From assembly GCA_964035545.1 (NCBI GenBank), contig OZ037773.1, forward strand, positions 10,815,869 to 10,879,868: a DNA stretch of 64,000 bases. Reading direction: 5' to 3'. The notes below the pieces were generated by a model that saw nothing but the letters and a program-made list of their open reading frames with translations, was not told the DNA's origin and did no database searches. The DNA is from Bugula neritina (taxonomy: Eukaryota; Animalia; Bryozoa). The position numbers were made by a program, and so were the translations under genes. Below, in pieces: positions 11,368 through 25,453 of the stretch. Positions within the stretch are counted from its first letter, which is position 1; each line of letters opens with the position of its first letter.

Positions 11368-14268
11368 TAATAGTAAGTACTGTATAGTAATAGTAAGTAC
11401 TGTATAGTAATAGTAAGTACTGTATAGTAAGTACTGTATAGTAATAGTAAGTATTGTATAGTAATAGTAAGTACTGTATAGTAATAGTAAGTACTGTATA
11501 GTAATAGTAAGTATTGTATAGTAATAGTAAGTACTGTATAGTAATAGTAAGTATTGTATAGTAATAGTAAGTACTGTATAGTAATAGTAAGTATTGTATA
11601 GTAATAGTAAGTACTGTATAGTAATAGTAAGTACTGTATAGTAATAGTAAGTATCATATAGTAATAGTAAGCACTGTATAGTAATAGTAAGTACTGTATA
11701 GTAATAGTAAGTACTGTATAGTAATAGTAAATACTGTGTAGTAATAGTAAGTACTGTATAGTAATAGTAAGTACTGTATAGTAATAGTAAGTACTGTATA
11801 GTAATAGCAAGTACTGTATAGTAGTAATAGTACTGTATAGTAATAGTAAGTACTGTATAGTAATAGTAAGTATTGTATAATAACAGTAAGTACTGTATAG
11901 TAATAGTAAGCACTGTATAGTAATAGTAAGTACTGTATAGTAATAGTAAGTACTGTATAGTAATAGTAAGTATTGTATAATAATAGTAAGTACTGTATAG
12001 TAATAGTAAGTACTGTATAGTAATAGTACTGTATAGTAATAGTAAGTACTGTATAGTAATAGTAAGTACTGTATAGTAATAGTAAGTACTGTATAGTAAT
12101 AGTAAGTATTGTATAGTAATAGTAAGTACTGTATAGTAATAGTAAGTACTGTATAGTAATAGTACTGTATAGTAAGTATTGTATAGTAATAGTAAGTATT
12201 GTATAATAACAGTAAGTACTGTATAGTAATAGTAAGCACTGTATAGTAATAGTAAGTACTGTATAGTAATAGTAAGTACTGTATAGTAATAGTAAGTATT
12301 GTATAATAATAGTAAGTACTGTATAGTAATAGTAAGCACTGTATAGTAATAGTAAGCACTGTATAGTAATAGTAAGTGCTGTATAGTAATAGTAAGCACT
12401 GTATAGTAATAGTAAGCACTGTATAGTAATAGTAAGTGCTGTATAGTAATAGTAAGTACTGTATAGTAATAGTAAGTAGTGTATAGTAATAGTAAGTATT
12501 GTATAATAATAGTAAGTACTGTATAGTAATAGTAAGTACTGTATAGTAATAGTACTGTATAGTAATAGTAAGTACTGTATAGTAATAGTAAGTACTGTAT
12601 AGTAATAGTAAGTACTGTATAGTAATAGTAAGTATTGTATAGTAATAGTAAGTACTGTATAGTAATAGTAAGTACTGTATAGTAATAGTACTGTATAGTA
12701 AGTATTGTATAGTAATAGTAAGTATTGTATAATAACAGTAAGTACTGTATAGTAATAGTAAGCACTGTATAGTAATAGTAAGTACTGTATAGTAATAGTA
12801 AGTACTGTATAGTAATAGTAAGTATTGTATAATAATAGTAAGTACTGTATAGTAATAGTAAGCACTGTATAGTAATAGTAAGCACTGTATAGTAATAGTA
12901 AGTGCTGTATAGTAATAGTAAGCACTGTATAGTAATAGTAAGCACTGTATAGTAATAGTAAGTGCTGTATAGTAATAGTAAGTACTGTATAGTAATAGTA
13001 AGTAGTGTATAGTAATAGTAAGTATTGTATAGTAATAGTAAGTACTGTATAGTAATAGTAAGCACTGTATAGTAATAGTAAGCACTGTATAGTAATAGTA
13101 AGTGCTGTATAGTAATAGTAAGCACTGTATAGTAATAGTAAGTACTGTGTAGTAATAGTAAGTACTGTATAGTAATAGTAAGTATCATATAGTAATAGTA
13201 AGCACTGTATAGTAATAGTAAGTACTGTATAGTAATAGTAAGTACTGTATAGTAATAGTAAGTACTGTATAGTAATAGTAAGTATCGTATAGTAATAGTA
13301 AGCACTGTATAGTAATAGTACTGTATAGTAATAGTAAGTACTGTATAGTAATAGTAAGTACTGTATAGTAATAGTAAGTACTGTATAGTAATAGTAAGTA
13401 CTGTATAGTAATAGTAAGTACTGTATAGTAATAGTAAGTACTGTATAGTAAGTATTGTATAGTAATAGTAAGTACTGTATAGTAATAGTAAGCACTGTAT
13501 AGTAATAGTAAGTACTGTATAGTAATAGTAAGTACTGTATAGTAATAGTAAGTACTGTATAGTAATAGTAAGTACTGCATAGTAATAGTACTGTATAGTA
13601 ATAGTAAGTACTGTATAGTAATAGTAAGTACTGTATAGTAATAGTAAGTACTGTATAGTAATAGTAAGTACTGCATAGTAATAGTAAGTACTGCATAGTA
13701 ATAGTAAGTACTGTATAGTAATAGTAAGTACTGTATAGTAATAGTAAGTACTGTATAGTATTAGTAAGTATCGTATAGTAATAGTAAGTACCGTATAGTA
13801 ATAGTAAGTACTGTATAGTAATAGTAAGTACTGTATAGTAATAGTAAGTACTGTATAGTAATAGTAAGTACTGTATAGTAAGTACTGTATAGTAATAGTA
13901 AGTATTGTATAGTAATAGTAAGTACTGTATAGCAATAGTAAGTACTGTATAGTAATAGTAAGTATTGTATAGTAATAGTAAGTACTGTATAGTAATAGTA
14001 AGTATTGTATAGTAATAGTAAGTACTGTATAGTAATAGTAAGTATTGTATAGTAATAGTAAGTACTGTATAGTAATAGTAAGCACTGTATAGTAATAGTA
14101 AGTACTGTATAGTAATAGTAAGTACTGTATAGTAATAGTAAGTACTGTATAGTAATAGTAAGTATTGTATAGTAATAGTAAGTACTGTATAGTAATAGTA
14201 AGTACTGCATAGTAATAGTAAGTACTGTATAGTAATAGTAAGTACTGTATAGTAATAGTAAGTACTGT
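11368..14268 (+). repeat. Second copy of the 20-bp GTAAGT-containing minisatellite
   Basis: Same variant order as 2120-5020. Confidence 0.96.
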
Positions 14269-14273
14269 TTTAG

Positions 14274-15113
14274 TGTGTCTAGCAGAGATGTGGGCAGAGT
14301 ATGATTCTGGTAATCTCCCCTGTACAGAGTGTCTACCTCTTTGCAGGTAAGTATTCCGTTATTTTATATTATACTTATACTTACTATATATAAAGTTACC
14401 ACTACATATTATATGTTATATGTTATTTGTTATATGTTTTATGTTATATATTACATGTTATATGTTATTTGTTATATGTTTTAGTGATGTTTTATATGAG
14501 GTGTCTGCTGACAAGAGTAAGTGGCCGTTAGAAACTTTCACAGTAAGTATCTCTCAGGCTTATAATATGTAATATAATGTTTTGTATCATAATAAAATAA
14601 TATTATATAATTTAGCATAATATTATTTAGAGTAATATAATATAATATAATGTAATATAATAATATAAAACAATAATATTTTATTTTTATTCTTTGTCTA
14701 GGAAAATGTCATCTTACATGAACTGAGAGCATTTGACCAACTTGTGGATCAATTGAACAACTTCTCCATCAACTTAGATGCTGACTTTGTGAGAGACAAT
14801 CTTGTGAAAGTTCAGTTAAACTTTGCGTCCATGACCACTTCTACAGTTACAGAGCTACCTCAGATTAGTCCCTGGGAATTCACCTCTGAGTTAGGTAACA
14901 CTCATTCCTTATATGAATACTATTCGGTGTTGTATTGTAATGTATTATATTATATTATGTCATAATATATTCTGTTATACTATGTTATTGTCTCTTCTAG
15001 GGTCTGCCTTTGGTTTGTGGATCGGCTGGTCAGCCTGGACTCTCTTCCACCTCATTGAGTACATCTCAGACTCAGCGGCTCTCTCCGTACAAAGAAGACG
15101 GCGTTCAGATTAG
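14274..15113 (+). pseudogene. Orphan duplicate of the last four DEG/ENaC exons
   Basis: Exons 14274-14346, 14485-14542, 14702-14894, 15001-15113 match 5026-5865; no upstream channel exons belong to this copy. Confidence 0.8.
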
Positions 15114-15645
15114 TAGCCGTCTCCTCCCATATTCATCTGCAGAATAACTCCTCCCATATTAATCTGCAGAATAACTCCTCCCATATTAATCTACAGAATA
15201 ACTCCTCCCACATTAATCTACGAAATAACTCCTCCCATATTAATCTACAGAATAACTCCTCCCATATTAATCTACAGAATAACTCCTCCCATATTCATCT
15301 GCAGAATAACTCCTCCCATCTTAATCTACAAAACTCCTCCCATATTAATCTACAGAATAACTCCTCCATAATAATCTACAAAACAACTCCTCCCATATTC
15401 ATCTACAGAATAACTGCTGACATATTTATCTGGAGAAAAGCTATTGACATGTTTATCTGCAGAAAAACTATTGACATGTTTATCTGCAGAATATTTATTG
15501 ACATGTTTGTGTAGATGTTTTTAAAGAAATTAGGTGCTGTCAAACTTAGCTACAAAATTTCAATGTTCATTTCTCTTTAGTAATCAATTTGTCTATTCTT
15601 CTAACATCTTTGCTTTAGTAATGTTGACATTCAGGCAGTATTCAT

Positions 15646-15678
15646 CTACTGCTACTGCTGCTGCTACTACTGCTACTG

Positions 15679-15728
<50 letters not shown>

Positions 15729-15729
15729 G

Positions 15730-15770
<41 letters not shown>

Positions 15771-15897
15771 GCTGCTACTACTGCTACTACTGCTACTACT
15801 GCTACTACTACTACTACTACTACTACTGCTACTACTACTACTGCTACTACTGCTACTGCTACTGCTACTACTACTACTGCTACTGCTACTACTACTG

Positions 15898-15944
<47 letters not shown>

Positions 15945-16188
15945 GCTGCTGCTACTACTGCTGCTGCTACTACTACTGCTGCTACTGCTACTACTAGTAC
16001 TACTACTGCTACTACTGCTACTACTGCTACTACTACTACTGCTACTACTGCTACTACTGCTACTACTGCTACTACTGCTACTACTACTACTGCTACTACT
16101 ACTACTACTGCTACTACTACTACTGCTGCTGCTACTACTACTACTACTGCTACTACTATTACTGCCACCACTACTGCAACAGCTACTA
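15646..16188. repeat. Second copy of the (CTA/CTG)n microsatellite
   Basis: Gives ORF translations identical to 6398-6940. Confidence 0.97.
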
Positions 16189-16672
16189 TATGTGTGACCA
16201 CTACTTTGCATCAGTGAAGGTGATGGGTTCTTGCTTAGTTGTGCTGAGATTATTGTTGGTTAATCAATTTATTGCATTTATCTTTTATGTCTGGAAGGTG
16301 CAGTTCTGTTTTAGTCATGCTGAAGGCAGCATGATAAACTGGTGGCAGCTGCTAATGCTGCCTAATTAGAACATTAGTAACACTGATAAGCTGATTGAAG
16401 TGAACCTGAGCACAGCCTAGCGGCAGCATGCCCTAGCAGCAGTACAGTCTAGAGGTAGCATGCCCTAGCAGCAGTACAGTCTAGCGGTAGCACGTGCTGT
16501 CTAATGAGGAGCTGCTGTTAGTTATGCCAGCCACATTGATGTAATTAGTTGAAAGACGTTGTTGATTCATTAACATTTATAGCAGTTATGTTTATTGCAT
16601 TAATTATGTATGTGGGATGAACAAAGCTAAGCAGTAAATAAGTATTTATACTCTGGAAGTGTAGTGGTCAAC

Positions 16673-19600
16673 ATGGCAGGTAGGTCAGCTATATAATATC
16701 TCTGTTATATATTCTCTGTTATATACTCTCTGTTATATATCTATACTCTTATTTTACACTTATCTATATTCACTTGATATTTCACGTTTCATCAATTATT
16801 ACAGGTCTGGTAAAACCAAAGAAATACGACTGGAAGGACTCCAATTTGGCTCTGTTTGGGTCAAAGCTAGAGAGAGAAGTCAAAAGTACGTTTTAATTAT
16901 ACTTCATGTGGCGTTATTTCTCTTTGTTTTTCAGCATCATATTATAACCTCTGAACTAGCTTAGCACCTATATATCTACTGTATCTACTCTATATCTACT
17001 ATGTATCTATTATATATCTACTATATATCTATTATATATCTACTGTATATCTACTATATATCTACTATATATCTATTATATATCTACTCTATATCTACTA
17101 TATATCTACTATATATCTACTATATATCTACTGTATATCTACTATATATCTACTATATATCTACTGTATATCTACTATATATCTACTATATATCTACTGT
17201 ATATCTACTATATATCTACTCTATATCTATTATATATCTACTATATATTTACTGTATATCTACTATATATCTACTATATATATACTATATATCTATTATA
17301 TAACTACTATATATCTACTATATATCTACTATATATCTACTATATATCTACTATATATCTACTATATATATACTATATATCTATTATATAACTACTATAC
17401 TCTATTTATATTCTACATTCGCAGAGGCATCGGCAGCCACGGAACCAGCTTGGCACGGAGCTGGCAAGGAAGTCGGAATCAGAATCTGGAGGGTTGAGGT
17501 GAGCGTTTCTACTATTACATAAAACGGAGTTCAGTATTAAAAATCAAAATTTTCCTTTTGCAATGAGTTCCTCTGTTTTGTGAATAATTTTGATTTTTCA
17601 GCAATTTAAGATCGTAGACTGGCCAGTGGAGGAGTATGGGAACTTTTATAGTGGCGACTCTTACATCATACTGAGAGTAAGTTAATTATTATATCATACT
17701 GAGAGTAAGTTAATTATTATATTATACTAAGAGTAAGTTAATTATTATATTATACTGAAAGTAAGTTAGTTATTATATTATACTGAGAGTAAGTTAATTA
17801 TTATATCATACTGAGAGTAAGTTAGTTATTATATTATACTGAGAGTAAGTTAGTTATTATATTATACTAAGAGTAAGTTAATTATTATGTTATACTGAGA
17901 GTAAGTTAGTTATTATATTATACTGAGAGTAAGTTAATTATTATATTATACTGAAAGTAAGTTAGTTATTATATTATACTGAGAGTAAGTTAATTATTAT
18001 ATTATACTGAGAGTAAGTTAATTATATCAGACTGAGGGTAAGTTAATTATTATATCATACTAAGAGTAAGTTAATTATTATATTATACTAAGAGTAAGTT
18101 AGTTATTATATTATACTGAAAGTAAGTTAGTTATATCAGTCTAAGGGTAAGTTAATTATTATATCATACTGAGAGTAAGTTAATTATTATATTATACTGA
18201 GAGTAAGTTAGTTATTATATTATACTGAGAGTAAGTTAGTTATTATATTATACTGAGAGTAAGTTAATTATTATATCATACTGAGAGTAAGTTAGTTATT
18301 ATATTATACTGAGAGTAAGTTAGTTATTATATACTGAGTTGTTTTCTCATTCTTATAGACTTACAAACCAAAGCCCAACAGTGAGCTGTTAGCATGGGAT
18401 CTACACTTCTGGATTGGCAAGTTTAGCTCACAAGTAGGTTACATATATCATATCATGCGTACATATCATATCATATCATGTGTACATATCATATCATATT
18501 ATATATCATATCGTGTGTACATATCATATATCATGTGTACATATCATATCATGTGTACATATCATATCATGTGTACATATCATATCATGTGTACATATCA
18601 TATCATGTGTACATATCATATCATATCATGTATACATATCATATCATATCATGTGTACATATCATATCATGTATACATATCGTATCACGTCTGCTAACAG
18701 GATGAGTACGGTACAGCAGCCTACAAGACAGTAGAACTGGATACTTACCTGGATGATGGACCAGTCCAGCACAGGGAGGTGATGAACCATGAGTCTGAGG
18801 CCTTCAAATCCTACTTTGAGAAGATTGTGTGAGTTTTTAAATACTTTGATAGTATTGTGTGAGTTTCTATCTGTATACTATATATTATACTATACATGTA
18901 TACTATACATATAGCCACGTGTTGCAGGTACATGGAAGGAGGTGTGGCCACTGGGTTCCGCCACGTGGAAAGAGGGAAATACGAGCCGAGATTCTTCACC
19001 GTCAAGAAGGTTGGCCGCCGCACGGAGGTCAAGCAGATCCCCATGAGATATAAGAATGTGAACTCAGGAGATGTGTTTATCATGGATTTGGGGCTGACCA
19101 TCTACCAGTTCAACGGCCGCAATAGCTCCAAGGTGATCTATATCTCACTGTACCTCACTGTATCTCACTGTATCTCACTGTATCTCACTGTATCTCACTG
19201 TACCTCACTGTACCTCACTGTACCTCACTGTATCTCACTGTACCTCACTGTACCTCACTGTACCTCACTGTATCTCACTGTATCTCACTGTATCTCACTG
19301 TATCTCACTGTATCTCACTGTATCTCACTGTATCTCACTGTACCTCACTGTATCTCACTGTATCTCACTGTATCTCACTGTACCTCACTGTACCTCACTG
19401 TACCTCACTGTACCTCACTGTATCTCACTGTATCTCACTGTACCTCACTGTACCTCACTGTACCTCACTGTACCTCACTGTATCTCACTGTATCTCACTG
19501 TATCTCACTGTATCTCACTGTATCTCACTGTATCTCACTGTATCTCACTGTATCTCACTGTATCTCACTGTATCTCACTGTATCTCACTGTATCTCACTG

Positions 19601-21843
19601 TATCTCACTGTATCTCACTGTATCTCACTAATGGGGCTAACAGACTACAGTCCAAACTCGACTGTGAAGGTGTTTTTGGAGCTGCTTGGCGCATACCTTC
19701 AACGTCACTTCCTACTTTTTGCTGGTCACACTACAGTTTAATACAAGCGCTGAAAGCTAACTGTCTCTAGCCTCGCAGTAAACTTTTAACCAATAGGAAT
19801 CTTGTAGCTTAGTTTCTGCTGTATCCACAGCAACCAAAAATCAAATTTAGCGCAATTTATTGAGATTTACTAGCATAATTCAATAAGATTTACTATTTAT
19901 TTTTATAGTAATTTATTAGTTTCACTTATTCAAAATTACTAGCTTCATTTAATGAAATATACTAGCTTTATTCAATCGCATTCACTAGCATTAAGAAATA
20001 AATATGCTTATAAAATTCAGCCAAAGTAGAATAACCAAATATGCTGATAAAATTCAGCCATATTTATCTGCTAAATAGTTATTTTCATAATTAATTTTTA
20101 TTAAAATTTTCATACATAACTTCATCATAATAATGTTTAGTAAAATAATATAATTTTCTAAGAACCAAATCAAATAATAATGCTCACTAGTAGCATGCGG
20201 AATAAGTAAAAGGACTTATTAATCAATCAGGGCTTACCTGGCCAGTCAGTGATTGGCTGATTGCTGAATGCTGAACTAATCGCGAAAAATTGCCAGTTGC
20301 GATCAGAAATCAGACAGTTGTGACGTCACAGAGTTCAACGCTTAACCTCGACTGTAGTCTGTCAGCCCCATTATACAACACATAGTTGTACAATATATAG
20401 TTATACAATACATAGTTATACAATACATAGTTATACAATATATAGTTATACAATACATAGTTATACAATACATAGTTATACAATACATAGTTATACAATA
20501 CATAGTTATACAATACATAGTTATACAATACATAGTTATACAACATATAGTTATACAATATATAGTTATACAATACATAGTTATACAATATATAGTTATA
20601 CAATATATAGTTATACAATACTTAGTTGTACAATACATAGTTGTACAACATATAGTTATACAATACATAATTATACAATACATAGTATGCAAGGTATCTA
20701 CAGGTGTTTCTATTACTAGGATGAAAGATACATGGCAGGAGCTTACTGTCAGACATTGGAGGGTGAGAGGGGCGGAGCTATGACTCAAGTTCTAGAAGAG
20801 GACACGACTCCGAAAACAGTAAGTATTGTCTTGTGTGTAGTATATATTGTATAGTGAGTATTGTATTGTGTATAGTGTATATTGTATCATGTGTAGTATA
20901 TATTGTATAGTGTGTATTGTATAGTGTGTAGTGTGTATTGTATTGTGTGTAGTGTGTATTGTATTGTGTGTAGTGAGTATTGTATTGTGTGTAGTGAGTA
21001 TTGTATTATGTGTAGTGTGTATTGTGTATTGTATTGTGTGTAGTGTGTATTGTATTGTGTGTAGTGAGTATTGTATTGTGTGTAGTGAGTATTGCATTGT
21101 GTGTAGTGAGTATTGTATTATGTGCTGCTAGAGTAGTTTGTGTTCTCTCTTTAGCATGAGTTCTTTGAGAAGCTGCAGATTGAAGAAGGGGACTTTGATG
21201 AAGATGAAATAGATGGAAGTGGTGAAGGAAAAAAGGCTTTGTATCGGTGAGGTTTGGGATGTGCTTTCTTATATAATATACACTGATATGTTGATATATT
21301 ACTATATACTAATATGTTGATATATTACTATATACTGATATGTTGATATATTACTATATACTGATATGTTGATATATTACTATAATATACTGATATGTTG
21401 ATATATTACTATATACTGATATGTTGATATATTACTACTATATACTGATATGTTGATATATGACTATATACTGATATGTTGATATATTACTATATACTGA
21501 TATGTTGATATATTACTATGCACTGATATGTTGATATATTACCATAGAATATCTGATGCAACGGGAAGAATGAACTTTGAACTGGTGAAGGAAGGAGAAG
21601 TCTCAAAGGATATGTTAGATTCTAATGTAAGTAGACTAGCTGTTGTAGTGAACATGCGTTTGATATAATGCACAGCATCCGTATATATATAACATGCATC
21701 TGCTCTTTCTTTCCAAGGATGCTTTCCTCCTTGATACTGGAAGTGATGTCATCGTGTGGATAGGGAAGAATGCATCTAAAGCAGAGAAAAAGGGCGGACT
21801 AATGTATGCTCACGTGAGTGTGAAGAACTTAGTCTATGTGGAG

Positions 21844-21901
<58 letters not shown>

Positions 21902-22116
21902 GAGTATGTATATAGTGAGAATATGTATATAGTGAGAGTATGTATATAGTGAGAGTATGTATATAGAGAGAGTGTGTATAGGGAGAGAGTATGTATATAG
22001 TGAATCAAATTCTCTGCTTTTAGACATTTGGACTTCAGGCCAGTAACCCTCTCGCGTCATTTACAGTCATGTCTGAAGGTCAAACATCAGAAACCTTTGA
22101 TAGATGTTTCGCTTAG
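16673..22116 (+). CDS. Gelsolin-like protein (three gelsolin domains, severin/fragmin-sized), complete, 367 aa
   Basis: 12 phase-consistent GT-AG exons: 16673-16679, 16805-16885, 17425-17498, 17602-17676, 18359-18433, 18701-18828, 18928-19132, 20720-20818, 21155-21246, 21548-21626, 21718-21813, 22024-22116 (1104 nt). Motifs: [105 protein letters not shown]. Confidence 0.96.
19631..20371. mobile_element. Second copy of the 741-bp MITE (part of the tandem duplication)
   Basis: Same TIRs and flanks at +9248. Confidence 0.82.
20819..21124 (+). repeat. ~21-bp minisatellite (GTAGTGWGTATTGTATTGTGT)n in gelsolin intron 8
   Basis: The unit resembles the real donor context A|GTAAGTATTGTCTTGTGT. Confidence 0.88.
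21279..21543 (+). repeat. 26-bp minisatellite (TATATACTGATATGTTGATATATTAC)n in gelsolin intron 9
   Basis: Read directly; ~10 units running up to the acceptor. Confidence 0.92.
21847..22003 (+). repeat. (TA)n microsatellite followed by 17-bp (GTGAGAGTATGTATATA)n in gelsolin intron 11
   Basis: Read directly. Confidence 0.9.
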
Positions 22117-22305
22117 ACTCACACCGTATAAAGTGGCAACACGAGCCTCATACCATCTCATCTACAGTTTTTACTTCTTAGTTTGTGCAGTTCATAAATT
22201 TTTTTGGCTTTTTTCTCTCCATATCAATCAATGTCTTTGTGTGTTTAAATGTTGTTGTAGATTTATTTTAAACAAATCTTATTGCTAATTGTGAGTTAAA
22301 ATATG

Positions 22306-22311
22306 AATAAA
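22306..22311 (+). terminator. Candidate polyadenylation signal AATAAA of the gelsolin gene
   Basis: AATAAA 190 nt after the stop codon. Confidence 0.5.
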
Positions 22312-23043
22312 CTTTATGATTCAGAGCTAAAATATTTCATGCTGTCAGATTACCTTGCAAGAGTGACCAGCTGTGTCAGTTGTTATACTTGTTAGTTGCT
22401 AAGCAACAAGCTATCAGGAAATGACTGTTTAGTAACAAGCTTTTGCAGCTAACTCAGTCTGTCATAGTAGTAGCAACTTCAGCAACTAAATGTAAAATAG
22501 CCGAGTTGAATCTTGTCGGTTCCTTAACACCAGCTGAGATCATGGAGGTAAGCATTACACCTTGGCCTAATATTTTCCACCAGGTTAACTGCTGCAATCT
22601 TTATAATCATTCATAATGGTAAATGTTCAGGACTAACTGCAGTATCTCAGCAGTCTTGCCATCAATCTTCTTTATGGCAAGTCTTAAATATGCTTCTAAG
22701 AAATAAATTCTTTTTAATCCTAATATAACTGCTTACAATAGAAGTAGAACAGTTGCTACTATACATCACTAAATTGAGTTAAAAGTTACTAGCTAATCAA
22801 TAAGCTGGCAATGATCTTACAGATTAACAGCTAGTATTTGTAAATTCTGCTAGAAGTTAAGCTCTTGAATCCTGTGAAGTAGAACTTAAACCCACTAACA
22901 CTACTAACTATTCTTTAACTTAAGAATCGATAATGCAGTTCCTTCTTTATTAAGGGTTGTCTTTCTGGCTTGGTAAGCTAAGATCAGTGACACCAAACTT
23001 TGTGCTGCAATAAACCTTTTTATTGCAGCACGTGTGGTGGTGC

Positions 23044-23062
23044 ATGACGTTGAGAGCACGTG
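23044..23062 (+). promoter_or_regulatory. Composite CRE-half/E-box element ATGACG-N7-CACGTG
   Basis: ATGACG TTGAGAG CACGTG in a local CpG-rich patch. Confidence 0.55.
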
Positions 23063-25434
23063 ACCTGTTTCGTTCGACTAAAAGCAGACGACGCTGCAAG
23101 GACACTCATAATCAGAAGGACTGGCAGCGCTCAAAGTAGTGGTAATCACTGGTTTATTATATTTGGCAATTGTTTCATAAGGTGACTTGAGTTTTAAGCA
23201 AAAAGATGGGTTTTAGTTTGCTTTAAAATTGTCTTAAATTACACAAGACCAAGTGTCACTGTCAGGTGAGAGTTGAATTATATAGTTCATTAGTTGATCA
23301 TTACTAAGTGACTATCAGTATCATATTCATATTGATGTTGATGTCCATATTCATATTCATATTGACTATCACAGTATCACCATCAGTTACAATATCATAC
23401 TAACTATCAATATCACACTCAATCTCATACTCATACTAAGACTATAAGTCATAGTCTTAGTCATACTGATTCTGGCTATCAGATATCAGTATAACTATAA
23501 GTATGATATTGAGTATCAGTATCAGTATGACTATGAGTATTATTTTTACTTTTATTACTATTACTATTAGTATAAGTAATACTATAAGTATGAGTATGAC
23601 TCTGAGTTTGACTATCATCATCAGCATTAGTTTTAGCAAATGTAATATTACTGTTATGTATTACAGTTTTAACTGATGCATTATAATTATTTAATTTTAA
23701 CTATTTAATGTTATAGTTATTATGATTTGATGACAATACTAATTGCTATTTACTATTTGCTTTTACTTTTAGTATTTTACTATTTACATCTATTTCTAAT
23801 TTAAGTTGTTGTCAAACATTAGCTGCTAAATAATTATATGGAAAATAATTATACACATTAAAATTATTAATATTATTCGAAGTGCATAATTTAAAACAAG
23901 TTAATGATATAAATATAACTATATTATAAAATACAATTAATATAACCAAGTTATAGTATAATGCTATAAGCTATAATAGAAACTATTGTTATAGCGTATA
24001 GTCATAATTTTAAATAATAATAGTTTTAAATTATAGACTTCAAATTGCTTAGATGTTTGACTTATAACTCATAATATTTATTATATTTTATATCCAAACT
24101 AAGTTATTAGTTAGCACAAATGTATTCTATTCTCACCTATCTCTGCTTTGTCCTGTTCCGATATACCCGCAAAAAACTATATAGTAGTCCCTGTCCCTGT
24201 GAGAAAGCCCCTGATGGAAGAGGTTTTTGTTAACTCAGGCTAAGAACGTATTAGCTCAAATTTATTACCTGTTTTATAATTTATAAATTGATGTTTTTAA
24301 TGATGTATTCTGGTATTAAATATTACTATAGTATAAATATTAAACAGCAAATACTATAACTTGTTGCTTATAGTAACAATTGCTATCATATTATTATTAT
24401 ATAAACTTTCTCCTATATACTGGTAAGCTTTCTAAGAATAACTATCTGGAGCAAATTTGTAGGTTTTATTTTGCACTGCGATTGCCAATTGATAATGCAT
24501 TGATGTATTGCTATATCCTGAACTACTGCAGAGAACTTATTACTTGAGCAACTTCTGATTTAGACTATGAATAAAGATGGTTCTCTCTTGTATTATAGCC
24601 ATTAAATATGTTCATACTTGTTTAGAGTAACATCACTTCGTATTGTAGTAACATCTATAACATATGATTTGTAATATGATGCATTATTTTTCCTTAAACT
24701 TGTGATGTCCCTTGATTCAAATATATTTTTATCTACCTAAATGTAGCTTTTAATATATTAAAAAATCAAATAATATTGTAACTAAAAATTTAAAAGTTTA
24801 TGAAGCAGTTTATAATTAAATAAGAAATTATAACTATTATTTGCTACAAATTATTATTTTAACAAATCATAAATGGTGGTTAATACTTGTATTTATTAAC
24901 AAAAAATTAGTAATACAAAAGTATTTTATAATAAGCAGTTTTAGAAAGTCAGTTTTACTTTAAAGCAGTCAGTTGTAGTGTGCCTTGGTTCATTTATTTA
25001 TTTTTGTTGTTGTTTTACAGGCTTTCATTGAAATAACTGTTTATGGAATTCAAAATTTTAAGATTTTTCAGCATTTCACTCTGTTATCTGCAAATATCTC
25101 CATAAATAGCAACAAGTTATCTTGTTTGATGTACTCTACATAGTTTGACTGTTTGAAGCAAAGCTGCAAGTAATTGCAGTGTAGCTGTGCTGCATTTCAA
25201 CGCTTTCTTTTAATAAATTCCTGTGTTACAGCTTTGATTTGTTATAGCAATGATATAATTTGTTTCAAATGTAAATAATTGATTTATAATTACGTAGTAC
25301 CTTTAAAATGTAAAGTGTAAAATAAAGCGGAATTCCAATCTTTGCATTCATATAATTTTAACGATCTATTCATAGTAATACAACAGTACTATATACACTG
25401 CTGTCTGCAGCTCCCTAGCCGGCAAGTTCTCTGT

Positions 25435-25453
25435 ATGACGCACCAATCACGTG
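25435..25453 (+). promoter_or_regulatory. Composite element ATGACG-N7-CACGTG heading the left-arm unit
   Basis: ATGACG CACCAAT CACGTG, followed by a donor CAG|GTAAAG at 25692/25693. Confidence 0.55.

Larger units (their letters stand above)
2120..20615 (+). repeat. 9,248-bp direct tandem duplication (2120-11367 and 11368-20615)
   Basis: ORFs and repeat variants recur at an offset of +9248 (5496/14744, 6286/15534, 9648/18896). The junction at 11367/11368 switches from the 15-bp satellite to the 20-bp satellite. Confidence 0.96.
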
